A stretch of DNA of 64,000 nucleotides from positions 8,742,001-8,806,000 of the forward strand of contig CM059432.1 of assembly GCA_030390025.1 (NCBI GenBank). Direction: 5' to 3'. The position numbers and the translations under genes were made by a program. Below are positions 26,801-39,194 of this stretch, one piece after another; positions within the stretch are counted from its first letter, which is position 1; each line of letters opens with the position of its first letter. The stretch is from Squalus acanthias (taxonomy: Eukaryota). The notes beneath the pieces were generated by a model. That model ran no database searches and was not told the DNA's origin. It saw nothing but the letters and a program-made list of their open reading frames with translations.

Positions 26801-29800
26801 GGTGGATGGGGTGAATATTGAAGGTGGTGGATGGAGTGAATATTGAAGGTGGTGGATGGGGTGAATATTGAAGGTGGTGGATGGGGTGAATATTGAAGGT
26901 GGTGGATGGGGTGAATATTGAAGGTGGTGGATGGGTGAATATTGAAGGTGGTGGATGGGGTGAATATTGAAGGTGGTGGATGGGGTGAATATTGAAGGTG
27001 GTGGATGGGGTGAATATTGAAGGTGGTGGATGGGGTGAATATTGAAGGTGGTGGATGGGGTGAATATTGAAGGTGGTGGATGGGTGAATATTGAAGGTGG
27101 TGGATGGAGTGAATATTGAAGGTGGTGGATGGGTGAATATTGAAGGTGGTGGATGGAGTGAATATTGAAGGTGGTGGATGGGGTGAATATTGAAGGTGGT
27201 GGATGGGGTGAATATTGAAGGTGGTGGATGGGGTGAATATTGAAGGTGGTGGATGGAGTGAATATTGAAGGTGGTGGATGGGGTGAATATTGAAGGTGGT
27301 GGATGGGGTGAATATTGAAGGTGGTGGATGGGTGAATATTGAAGGTGTGGATGAGGTGAATATTGAAGGTGGTGGATGGGTGAATATTGAAGGTGGTGGA
27401 TGGGTGAATATTGAAGGTGGTGGATGAGGTGAATATTGAAGGTGGTGGATGGGTGAATATTGAAGGTGGTGGATGGGGTGAATATTGAAGGTGGTGGATG
27501 GAGTGAATATTGAAGGTGGTGGATGGGGTGAATATTGAAGGTGGTGGATGGGGTGAATATTGAAGGTGGTGGATGGAGTGAATATTGAAGGTGGTGGATG
27601 GGTGAATATTGAAGGTGGTGGATGGAGTGAATATTGAAGGTGGTGGATGGGGTGAATATTGAAGGTGGTGGATGGAGTGAATATTGAAGGTGGTGGATGA
27701 GGTGAATATTGAAGGTGGTGGATGGGGTGAATATTGAAGGTGGTGGATGGGGTGAATATTGAAGGTGGTGGATGGGGTGAATAATGAAGGTGTGGATGGG
27801 GTGAATATTGAAGGTGGTGGATGGGTGAATATTGAAGTTGGTGGATGGGGTGAATATTGAAGGTGGTGGATGGGGTTAAATATTGAAGGTGGTGGTGGAG
27901 TGAATATTGAAGGTGGTGGATGGGGTGAATATTGAAGGTGGTGGATGGGTGAATATTGAAGGTGGTGGATGGGGTGAATATTGAAGGTGGTGGATGGAGT
28001 GAATATGAAGGTGGTGGATGGAGTGAATATTGAAGGTGGGTGGATGGGGTGAATATTGAAGGTGGTGGATGGGTGAATATGAAGGTGGTGGATGAGGTGA
28101 ATAATGAAGGTGGTGGATGGGGTGAATATTGAAGGTGGTGGATGGAGTGAATATTGAAGGTGGTGGATGGGAGTGAATATGAAGGTGGTGGATGGGTGAA
28201 TATTGAAGGTGGTGGATGGGGTGAATATTGAAGGTGGTGGATGGGTGAATATGAAGTGGTGATGGGTGAATATTGAAGGTGGTGGATGAGGTGAATATTG
28301 AAGGTGGTGGATGGAGTGAATATTGAAGGTGGTGGATGGAGTGAATATTGAAGGTGGTGGATGGGGTGAATATTGAAGGTGGTGGATGGGTGAATATTGA
28401 AGGTGGTGGATGGGTGAATATTGAAGGTGGTGGATGGGTGAATATTGAAGGTGGTGGATGGAGTGAATATTGAAGGTGGTGGATGGAGTGAATATTGAAG
28501 GTGGTGGATGGGGTGAATATTGAAGGTGGTGGATGGGTGAATATTGAAGGTGGTGGATGGGGTGAATATTGAAGGTGGTGGATGGGGTGAATATTGAAGG
28601 TGGTGGATGGAGTGAATATTGAAGGTGGTGGATGGGGTGAATATTGAAGGTGGTGGATGGAGTGAATATTGAAGGTGGTGGATGGAGTGAATATTGAAGG
28701 TGGTGGATGGGGTGAATATTGAAGGTGGTGGATGGGGTGAATATTGAAGGTGGTGGATGGGGTGAATATTGAAGGTGGTGGATGGAGTGAATATTGAAGG
28801 TGGTGGATGGGGTGAATATTGAAGGTGGTGGATGGGGTGAATATTGAAGGTGGTGGATGGGGTGAATATTGAAGGTGGTGGATGGAGTGAATATTGAAGG
28901 TGGTGGATGGGTGAATATTGAAGGTGGTGGATGGGTGAATATTGAAGGTGGTGGATGGGGTGAATATTGAAGGTGGTGGATGGGAGTGAATATTGAAGGT
29001 GGTGGATGGAGGTGAATATTGAAGGTGGTGGATGGGGTGAATATTGAAGGTGGTGGATGGAGTGAATATTGAAGGTGGTGGATGGGGTGAATATTGAAGG
29101 TGGTGGATGGGGTGAATATTGAAGGTGGTGGATGGGGTGAATATTGAAGGTGGTGGATGGGGTGAATATTGAAGGTGGTGGATGAGATGAATATTGAAGG
29201 TGGTGGATGTGAGTGAATATTGAAGGTGGTGGATGAGGTGAATATTGAAGGTGGTGGATGGGGTGAATATTGAAGGTGGTGGATGGGGTGAATATTGAAG
29301 GTGGTGGATGGGAGTGAATATTGAAGGTGGTGGATGGGGTGAATATTGAAGGTGGTGGATGGGGTGAATATTGAAGGTGGTGGATGAGGTGAATATTGAA
29401 GGTGGTGGATGGGAGTGAATATTGAAGGTGGTGGATGGAGTGAATATTGAAGGTGGTGGATGGGGTGAATATTGAAGGTGTTGGATGGAGTGAATATTGA
29501 AGGTGGTGAATGGGGTAAATATTGAAGGAGGTGTGCAATGGGAGGTGACTATTGAAGGTGTGGATGGGGTGAATATTGAAGGTGTTGGCTTGAAGTGAAT
29601 ATTGAAGGTGGTGGATGGAGTAAATATTGAAGGTGGTGGAAGGGGTGATATTGAAGGTGGTGGAGAGTGAATATATTACGGGGTGGATGGGGTGAATATT
29701 GAAGGTGGTGGATGGGGTGAATATTGAAGGTGGTGGATGAGGTGAATATTGAAGGTGGTGGATGGGGTGAATATTGAAGGTGGTGGATGGGAGTGAATAT

Positions 29801-32307
29801 TGAAGGTGGTGGATGGGTGAATACTGAAGTGGTGGATGAGGTGAATATTGAAGGTGGTGGATGGGTGAATATTGAAGGTGGTGGATGGGGTGAATATTGA
29901 AGGTGGTGGATGGGAGTGACTATTGAAGGTGGTGGATGGGGTGAATATTGAAGGTGGTGGATGGAGTGAATATTGAAGGTGGTGGATGGAGTGAATATTG
30001 AAGGTGGTGGATGGGGTGAATATTGAAGGTGGTGGATGGGTGAATATTGAAGGTGGTGGATGGGGTGAATATTGAAGGTGGTGGATGGGGTGAATATTGA
30101 AGGTGGTGGATGGGGTGAATATTGAAGGTGGTGGATGAGGTGAATATTGAAGGTGGTGGATGGGAGTGAATATTGAAGGTGGTGGATGGGGTGAATATTG
30201 AAGGTGGTGGATGGGGTGAATATTGAAGGTGGTGGATGAGGGTGAATATGAAGGTGGTGGATGGGTGAATATTGAAGGTGGTGGATGGGGTGAATATTGA
30301 AGGTGGTGGATGGGGTGAATATTGAAGGTGGTGGATGGGGTGAATATTGAAGGTGGTGGATGGAGTGAATATTGAAGGTGGTGGATGGGGGTGAATATTG
30401 AAGGTGGTGGATGGGGTGAATATTGAAGGTGGTGGATGGGTGAATATTGAAGGTGGGGACTGAGGTGAATATTGAAGGTGGTGGATGGAGTGAATATTGA
30501 AGGTGGTGGATGGAGTGAATATTGAAGGTGATGGATGGGGTGAATATTGAAGGTGGTGGATGGGGTGAATATTGAAGGTGGTGGATGGGGTGAATATTGA
30601 AGGTGGTGGATGGAGTGAATATTGAAGGTGGTGGATGAGGTGAATATTGAAGGTGGTGGATGGAGTGAATATTGAAGGTGGTGGATGGGTGAATATTGAA
30701 GGTGGTGGATGGGGTGAATATTGAAGGTGGTGGATGGGGTGAATATTGAAGGTGGTGGATGGGGTGAATATTGAAGGTGGTGGATGGGGTGAATATTGAA
30801 GGTGGTGGATGGGGTGAATATTGAAGGTGGTGGATGGAGTGAATATTGAAGGTGGTGGATGGAGTGAATATTGAAGGTGGTGGATGGGGTGAATATTGAA
30901 GGTGGTGGATGGGGTGAATATTGAAGGTGGTGGATGGGGTGAATATTGAAGGTGGTGGATGGGTGAATATTGAAGGTGGTGGATGGGGTGAATATTGAAG
31001 GTGGTGGATGGAGTGAATATTGAAGGTGGTGGATGGAGTGAATATTGAAGGTGGTGGATGGGGTGAATATTGAAGGTGGTGGATGAGGTGAATATTGAAG
31101 GTGGGGGATGGGGTGAATATTGAAGGTGGTGGATGGGGTGAATATTGAAGGTGGTGGATGGGGTGAATATGAAGGTGGTGGATGGGGTGAATATTGAAGG
31201 TGGTGGATGGGGTGAATATTGAAGGTGGTGGATGGGGTGAATATTGAAGGTGGTGGATGGGAGTGAATATTGAAGGTGGTGGATGGGGTGAATATTGAAG
31301 GTGGTGGATGGGGTGAATATTGAAGGTGGTGGATGGGTGAATATTGAAGGTGGTGGATGGGGTGAATATTGAAGGTGGTGGATGGGGTGAATATTGAAGG
31401 TGGTGGATGGGGTGAATATTGAAGGTGGTGGATGGGGTGAATATGAAGGTGGTGGATGGGGTGAATATTGAAGGTGGTGGATGGGGTGAATATTGAAGGT
31501 GGTGGAGGGAGTGAATATTGAAGGTGGTGGATGGGGTGAATATTGAAGGTGGTGGATGGGGTGAATATTGAAGGTGGTGGATGGGGTGAATATTGAAGGT
31601 GGTGGATGGAGTGAATATTGAAGGTGGTGGATGGGTGAATATTGAAGGTGGTGGATGAGCTGAATATTGAAGGTGGTGGATGGAGTGAATATTGAAGGTG
31701 GTGGATTGGGTGAATATTGAAGGTAGTGGATGGGAGTGAATATTGAATGTGGTGGATGGGCTGAATATTGAAGGTGGTGGATGAGGTGAATATTGAAGGT
31801 GGTGGATGGGGTGAATATTGAAGGTGGTGGATGGGGTGAATATTGAAGGTGGTGGATGGGGTGAATATTGAAGGTGGTGGATGGAGTGAATATTGAAGTT
31901 GGTGGATGAGGTGAATATTGAAGGTGGTGGATGGAGTGAATATTGAAGGTGGTGGATTGGTTGAATATTGAAGGTGGTGGATGAGGTGAATATTGAAGGT
32001 GGTGGATGGAGTGAATTTTGAAGGTGGTGGATTGGGTGAATATTGAAGGTGGTGGATGAGGTGAATATTGAAGGTGGTGGATGAGGTGAATATTGAAGGT
32101 GGTGGATGGAGTGAATATTGAAGGTGGTGGATGGGGTGAATATTGAAGGTGGTGGATGGGGTGAATATTGAAGGTGGTGGATGGGGTGAATATTGAAGGT
32201 GGTGGATGGGGTGAATATTTAAGGTGGTAAATGGAGTGAATATTGAAGGTGGTGTTTGAGGTGAATATTGAAGGTGGTAAATGGAGTGAATATTGAAGGT
32301 GGTGGAT
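5829..32307 (+). repeat. 25-bp satellite array (GAAGGTGGTGGATGGGGTGAATATT)n, roughly 1000+ units, ~26.5 kb
   Basis: Directly visible. Main variants lie in the GGGG stretch (GGAG, GAGG, GGG, GGGAG). Confidence 0.99.
8417..8616. other. Assembly gap (200 N) inside the satellite
   Basis: Run of exactly 200 N, probably a scaffolding placeholder. Confidence 0.99.
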
Positions 32308-33316
32308 TTGGAAAGAAGCTCAATTTGTAGCTGTGATAGTTTTGTTTTTATCCACCAAAAGGATGAGAAACTTTGATCATGCTCAGTCACAAGTGTTAAA
32401 CATGTTGACTCAATGGTTCCTTTCTTCATGGCAGAATATGTGGAGTAAGAACAACAACGGAAAGGATCTGCGTGTTAATTGCAAAGATATGATATTGACG
32501 AGCAGAAAAAGGCCACACCTCATGTTGGCTGGAGTGACAGGACTAGACTCTTCCCACCCAGCCTCCACACCCACGCAATCTCCAGGGAGAGGCAAAAAAA
32601 GAAACAGGGCCAATAAAGGGAAAAAAATACCCTGTACAATTCCTCTCCGATCCCCTCAGGCGATCAAAACCAGTCCGGGAGTCCAATTGATTGCGACTGA
32701 CTGACAAGCTATGTTCAAAGAAAAGATAAAGGTGAGCAGGACTGCAGTCTTTATAGCCATGTCTTGACTGTCACCATTTGAGAGGGAATCCGCAGGCACT
32801 GTAGCTGTACTTGCGTGAAAATTATTTGCGTGGTTTATTTTGTCTCCCTGTAAGTACCACAAAACAGGAACGAGTTCAACCTGCCCAACTCCCTTTAAAA
32901 TGACAATGTTGAATTGCAAGGAGTATTTTAAGTACGGTTGAAATCTATGCGAGTGAGACCTTGTTAACTGCAGCAAAATGCCATGTAAGAGGAATGTTTC
33001 ATTTACCACTGCCTACTGACAGTTTGATAAAATGGCAAATGAAAACTTTCCAAAAATTTAATTAAGGGCATCAGTTCGGACAGAGATGAACTACATTATG
33101 GTTGGACATAGCGGCTAATTCCATTGACCCATCACAAACATTCTGCTTCTTCTGTTGGACCAAGCAATGGCAGATAAGCGTACAGATTTTATTTTGTACA
33201 GGTAGCATTTTCCTTATCACACGAGTCACTTCCCATTAAGTTGTCTGTAAATGAATTGGGACACTAGCATTTATTTTTTCACCGTAAGTTGCTTAATGTA
33301 ACTGGGCATAGATTGA

Positions 33317-33851
33317 GCAACAACCACTACTTGCATTTATATGGCGCCTTTAACGTAGTTAAACGTCCCAAGGCGCTTCACAGGAGCGATTATCAAACAA
33401 AATTTGACACCGAGCCACATAAGGAGATATCAGGACAGATGACCAAAAAGCTTGGTCAAAGAGGTAGGTTTTAAGGAGCACCTTAAAGGGGGAAGGAGAG
33501 GTAGAGAGGCCGAGAGGTTTAGGCAGGGGGTTCCAGAGCTTAGGGCCTCGGCAGCAGAAGGCACGGCCGCCAATGGTTGAGCGATTATAAACATTGGGTG
33601 CTCAAGAGGGCAGAATTAGAGAGAAGTGCAAAGATCTCGGCAGGTGTTGTAGGGCTGGAGGAGATTACAGAGATAGCAAGGGCGTGTGGTCATGTAAGGA
33701 TTTGAAAACAAGGGTGAGAATTTTAAAATCGAGGCGTTGCTTAACTGGGAGCTAATGTAGGTCAGCGAGCACAGGGGTGATGGGTGAACGGGACTTGGTG
33801 CGAGATAGGACACGGGCAGTCGAGTTTTGGAAGACCTCAAGTTTACGGAGT
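33317..33851 (-). mobile_element. L2 LINE 3' end
   Basis: Near copy of 61700-62230. Its (CAA)n/TTGCATTTATAT tail is shared with the DeuSINE tail. Confidence 0.85.
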
Positions 33852-34256
33852 TCCTTTTTATATTCCCCTCACCACCATCTATAAATATGAAAAGACTCTG
33901 CGGCAGCCTGCATGAGCAACAGTTGCATCAGAACGACACTGCACTGTTGTATAATTGGGTCTCAAATTCCGGCAGATTTTTCCCATCCATTTAGCTTTGA
34001 ATTGGTTGCTATGATTGTTTTGTTTCTGCTGAAGGAAGTGATTCCCAGTGGCTCCTTTCTTCACAAACCTTTGAGTCCACAACACAAAATTAAATGTATT
34101 TGTACTGCCTGAAGTCTGATTACAGCTCTTTTTTCTTTACCGACACAACATTGTACAGATCCTTTCAGGGCAAATCTCACTGAGAGGTTACAGAAAGTAT
34201 CGATGGAACAACAGATCGGGTGTGGACAAAAAGCTGGTAAGAGAAAGAAATATTTA

Positions 34257-35061
34257 GGGCTGGATTTTGTCTTGCGGTCGGGTTGGGGTCGTGTGATCCG
34301 CATTTCGTGTTTCCCTCCCGACTGCAGATTAATGTGGATGAATGATGCAATTTTCACTTAATAGGGCAATTGAGTTCCAGCATGTGGGAACCCATGAACC
34401 AATTAGTGGTTTCAGTCTGAAAGTCGCCTCTGATGATGTCATCATTGCAGGTCAGAGACTGACTGCCTGGTCTCAGAGACTGCCTGGCTCTTGCTGTGAG
34501 TGGACCTGCCTGGCTTTTGCTGTGAGTGGACCAGCCTGGCTTTTGCTGTGAGTGGACCAGATGCAAAATGAGCAGCTGAGAGAGAGAGAGAGAGATTTTT
34601 TTGCAACCAAGTCCTCCCAGGCAGTCTCTGAAGACATTCAATGCAGCAGCATCAGAGGCGACTTTCAGACCTAATACTATTACTACCTTCATCACAATAC
34701 TACTACTACCTTCATCACCATCACATCTCCGTTGTAATAGTGGACCTGCAGCTGCTAGTCAGCTATCCACTTGTGCTCCCGCCAGGTTTCACTGGCGTGT
34801 TTCACATCAGGCGTACTTCACGTCGGAAAAGGGTTAAACGAGCTAAAACATTTCAAAATGGCATTACAGAGCCAATTTAGGGCTTGTTAAGTGCTTTAAT
34901 GGCCTCTCCCACCTCTTGGAGGCGGGACGGAGTCGGGAACACTGCGACTGAGTTTGTCAAAATTGCGTGGAGGCGGGATGGTGTCGGGACCCCCGACCCC
35001 GCAACTTTAACCCCCCACACGCCTCCAAACCCGACTCCACGCGTCATTGAAAATCCAGCCC
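34257..35061. mobile_element. 805-bp non-autonomous PIF/Harbinger element
   Basis: Perfect 12-bp TIR GGGCTGGATTTT/AAAATCCAGCCC; TTA TSD at 34254-34256 and 35062-35064; internal 26-bp triplication at ~34483-34559. Confidence 0.9.
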
Positions 35062-35068
35062 TTAAAGT

Positions 35069-35543
35069 CCAACATCCCCAGCATCGAAGCTTTGACCACG
35101 CTCGATCAGCTCCGATGGACGGGCCACATCTTCCACAAGCCTGATACGCGACTCCCAAAACAAGCGCTCTACTCGGAGCTCCGACACGGCAAGAGAGCCC
35201 CAGGTGGGCAGAGGAAACACCTCAAGGACACCCTCAAAGCCTCCTTGAAAAAGTGCAACATCCCCACCGACACCTGGGAATCCCTGGCCCAAGACCGCAC
35301 AAAGTGGAGGAGAAGCATCCGGGAAGGCGCCGAACACCTCGAGTCTCTTCGCCGGGAGCAAGCGGAAGCCAAGCGCAAACAGCGGAAGGAGCGCACGTCA
35401 ACCCAAGCACCCCACCCACCTGCCCCTTCAACCACCGTCTGCCCCACCTGTGACAGAGAGACATCAGTCACCTGAGAACTCATTTTTAGTGTGGAAGCAA
35501 GTCATCCTCGGTTCCCGAGGGACTGCCTAAGAAGAATAAGAAG
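35069..35543 (+). mobile_element. RTE-clade LINE, 5'-truncated, with (AAG)n-type tail and 21-bp TSD
   Basis: Encodes LRWTGHI..PDTRLPKQALYSELRHGKRAPGGQRKHLKDTLK (RTE ORF C-terminus). TSD AGAGAAAGAAATATTTAAAGT at 35545-35565; the left copy is split by the MITE. Confidence 0.9.
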
Positions 35544-35556
35544 GAGAGAAAGAAAT

Positions 35557-35838
35557 ATTTAAAGTAATTGGTGGAGGAATTAGAGGGGAGCTGAGGAGAA
35601 ATGTTTTCACCCAGAGGGTTGTGGGGGTCTGGAACTCACTGCCTGAAAGGGTGGTAGAGGCAGAAACCCTCATCACATTTAAAAAGTACAGTACTTGATA
35701 TGCACCTGAAGTGCCGTAACCTGCAGGGCTACGGACCAAGAGCTGGAAAGTGGGATTAGGCTGGTTAGCTCTTTTTCGGCTGGCACAGACACGATGGGCC
35801 GAATGGCCTCCTTCTCTGCTGTAAACTTCTATGATTCT
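35557..35838 (+). mobile_element. CR1 LINE 3' end
   Basis: Highly similar to 1872-2150. Confidence 0.85.
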
Positions 35839-36270
35839 AAAGAAAGACTTGGATTTATATAGAGCCGTTTCATGACCTCAGGACGTCCCAAAGTGCTTTA
35901 CAGCCAATGAAGTACTTTTTGAAGTGTAATTACTGTTGTAATGTGGGAAACGTGGCAGCCAAATTGCACACAACAAGCTCCCACGAACAACAATGCGATA
36001 ATGACCAGATAATCTGTTTTAGTGGTGTTAGTTGAGGGATAAATATTGGCCATGACACAGGGGAGAACTCCCCTGCTCTTCTTTGAAATAGTGCTATGGG
36101 ATCTTTTACGTCCACCTGAGGGGGCCGACGAAGCCTCGGTTTAACGTCTCATCCAAAAGGCAGCACCTTCGACAGTGCAGCACTCCCTCAGCACCGCACT
36201 GGAGTGTCAGACTAGATTTTGTGCTCAATTCCCTGGAGTGGGATTTGAACCCACAACCTTCTGACTGGTA
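35839..36270 (-). mobile_element. DeuSINE (SacSINE1-like), near full length
   Basis: Tail, Deu core and B-box region (GGTTCAAATCCC on the minus strand) are present. Confidence 0.85.
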
Positions 36271-36494
36271 AAAGTGAGCACCAAAATATATTAAAAAGGT
36301 AAACACCCAGAAACCAAACCGAGAACCACTTGTTTAAGCCTATGTTAGCCTCAAAGTTCTTGATTCCCTCTCTAAACCTTTCCAATTCTCCACCTCCCTC
36401 TCTCCTCCTTTGAGACCCTCCTTAAAAACCCAACCCTTTGACCAAGCTTTTCGTCACCTCTCCGAACATCTCCTTCTTTGGGTTTTGCAGCATT

Positions 36495-36888
36495 TCTGAG
36501 AATCTCTGGTTAGGCCACAGCTCCAGCACTGTGTACAGTTTTGGGCTCTAAACTGTGGGAAAAAATTGGGACAGAGGGGATTTCGGGTGATTTGATAAAG
36601 ATGTTTAAAATTATGAAGGGATAGGACAGAGTAGATAGAAGTGGACTGTTTCCAATGATTGAGGAGTCTCGAACGAGGGAACATGGATATATGGGATTTG
36701 GGGCGGGCGATACACAGAGGGTTGTGAGGCTTTGGAATGTACTACTGGGGTTAGTGATTGAAACAGAGACCTTGTTAAAATTTAAGAATAGGATAGATAG
36801 GTGGCATAAGGAAAGGGGTCTACTGGGCTATAGCAACAACACAGGCACATGGAATTCGGACTATGGCTCACGTGGAGGATAAATACCA
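36495..36888 (+). mobile_element. Degenerate CR1 fragment (preceded by an L2 tail fragment at ~36340-36485)
   Basis: GGTTAGGCCACAGCTCCAGCACTGTGTACAGTTTTGG and TQRVVRLWN..FKNRIDR motifs. Confidence 0.65.
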
Positions 36889-36889
36889 A

Positions 36890-37630
36890 GGGGAGAATTT
36901 TAGCCCCAGAAACCGGGTGGGTTGGAGTTGGGTGGGAAGTTAAAGAGTTAAAAAAAACTGAATCCCAACCCCAACCCGCCCACTGCCGGTTTTAATGGAG
37001 GTGGGATAGGGGGTGGGCGGGCAGCCAACCTGCTGCCAGGAGGCGGGTCGCCCATTTAAATATTATAATGAGGCTGTCGTACCTCATGGCGATCCACCAT
37101 TTCAAATTTAACTGTGGGTGGGTGGGTTTCCCGGGCCTCGGGAAACCCGCCAGCTAAAGGGAGGCGAGGACTGCTGGATCCAGGAGGCACGTGCCTTTCC
37201 ACGTACCTCCTGGATCCAGTGTTCCTGCCTCACCCATCTGCCATGGTCAGACACTCCCCCGACCCCCCGCCCTAAGATCCCCACCCCCCCCACAAGGCCT
37301 CCAATTTCCCCCCTGACCTCCCTTCCCCGAGGCCTGCGATCGTGCTCCGACCTCCCTAACCCCCAAGGCCTCCGGTCTCCCTCCCGACCTCCCCTCCCTC
37401 GAAGCATCCGATCGCCTTCCCGGCCTTTCCCCTCCAGCCCCGAACCTCCGGCTCTCAACCAACAACCCCCCCACCCCCCAAATCCCTCCCTCCCTCCTCT
37501 CTGTGGTCTAGTGCTGCAGGCCTAGGAACCTGGGAACTGGTGTTTTGAAATGCTAATCAGGCCCTGCCATTAAATTTGGCAGGGCTTGCAGGAAACCCGT
37601 TCTCCGGCCCAACATGGACAGGTTAGTCCC
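36890..37630. mobile_element. Harbinger-type MITE-like fragment with C-rich interior
   Basis: Starts GGGGAGAATTTT; internal inverted GGGTGGG/CCCACC motifs. Right TIR not clear. Confidence 0.4.
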
Positions 37631-37778
37631 AATAACCTGTTTCCACATGTGTGTCTATGCAATTCTGTCTTTTGGATTAATCATGATTTGGCTACAGTGT
37701 CATGGACCAAACATTATTTACAATGGTTACATCCGTACCTTTTTACTGGAGACTTACCAAATATGATGAAAATGCATT

Positions 37779-37941
37779 GGGGTAGATTTTCACCTTTGTG
37801 TGATAGCGGATCATTAGAAAGGAGAATCGGGCAGGGCGCATAACGGGGGGCAGGGGAGGGGGTGGGGGGTGGGGGCAGGGGTGGAGGTGGCGATCAGCTC
37901 CCGCCCGTTTTTCGCCACCTCCGAAAGTGCAACCCTACCCC
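37779..37941. mobile_element. Short MITE related to 945-1061
   Basis: TIRs GGGGTAGATTTTCAC / GTGCAACCCTACCCC; flanks ATT/ACT; shares GAATCGGG interior with the reverse complement of 945-1061. Confidence 0.55.
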
Positions 37942-39152
37942 ACTGTAAACACGGCTTACCACGGGTTAACAGTCATTCCACCAGAGACTAGTAAGAGGTC
38001 CTGACAAAGGAGATAACTGCAGCAAGGGAGGAGATTGCAGAGGCAAAATCTCATTACCTATTTGTCAGCCAAATAATCACTTCAACTTATCTTTCTGTCA
38101 TCTTTTAATGAGTGTGTGAATTGTACAATGCCATTTAGCAGAATGCCTCTTATAACAATAAAGATTCATTTTAATCAGAAGCTGAAAGGGTGTCCAATGT
38201 GACTAACAAAAGTCTTCAAAGCCTTTTGATATTTCCTGTTTTTATAGAATGGGGATTTAATTATTCAGATTGTTAAAATAGAACGATCATGTTTTTAAAT
38301 GATGCGCTCTTTTGAATCAATTTTATCATGCCTTGGACATTCGGAATTAATTATTGTTCGTAACTTCGCACACTTAAAGTCTTGGCTGTGACATGCTTCA
38401 ACCTTTAACAAAATAATTGCTAAACTTAACTAGAATGGTGGGCATTCAACAGGGCAGGGAGCCTCAGGGAGCCCTGGCTAACTTTTCTACTCCCTCGCCA
38501 TGCGTGTTTAACACAGATCAGGAACTGAACCTGAATCTGAAGTTAGAGGTACATTTATACCAATAAACCCATAACAAAGTCAAAGTTGTTCCACAGTCAG
38601 CTCTTCGCCATCTCTTAATAACCTGGGGCCAGTAGCACCAAGAACGTGCCAATTCCCGAGGGTGCGGATCCAGAACTTCTCACAAGACTCATTCTGCCTT
38701 GCTAGACAGGAGCTTACTGTGAGGCGATTGGAACCAGCAACTGTTTGATCGAAAACTAAACACCTAGTCGCTGGTGCACACTGACCCTTACAGGTTAGAC
38801 AGTGAGCTCTGTGCTGCTATTAAAAGAAAAAACAAACAAACAAATAGTGAGCTATACTACAGCGGTTGGATTCCAGGAAGATTGTGGTCGATTCCACCCC
38901 CCACCCCTCTTGGGAGTTCAAGTTACATCCCTTGCTGAACTCAGCAAGTCTCTGCGAACATCGAACGGTACATTGCAGCATTCAACAACAAGGAAATGCT
39001 TCCGAGAACATTCTCGCGACACTTTTATTTAATGGTTTCCTTTAAAGGTGCTCTCATTATGACATGATGCGGAGATGCCGGTGTTGGACTGGGGTGGACA
39101 AAAATGAGAAGTCGCACAACACCAGGTTATAGTCCAACAGTTTTATTTGAAA

Positions 39153-39189
39153 TCACGAGCTTTCGGAGCGATGCTCCTTCGTCAGGTAA
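39153..39189 (-). ncRNA. Mirror hammerhead ribozyme motif on the opposite strand
   Basis: Reverse complement reads TTACCTGACGAAGGAGCATCGCTCCGAAAGCTCGTGA. Confidence 0.65.
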
Positions 39190-39194
39190 AGACT

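Noticed and set aside
5829..32307. Telomeric or interstitial telomeric repeat
   Set aside because: The unit is not TTAGGG-based.
5721..32429. Giant His/Pro/Ser-rich ORFs (541, 463, 1225, 917 aa) resembling extensin or mucin
   Set aside because: They result from a stop-free 25-bp satellite strand; frames shift freely with indels and there is no coding signature.
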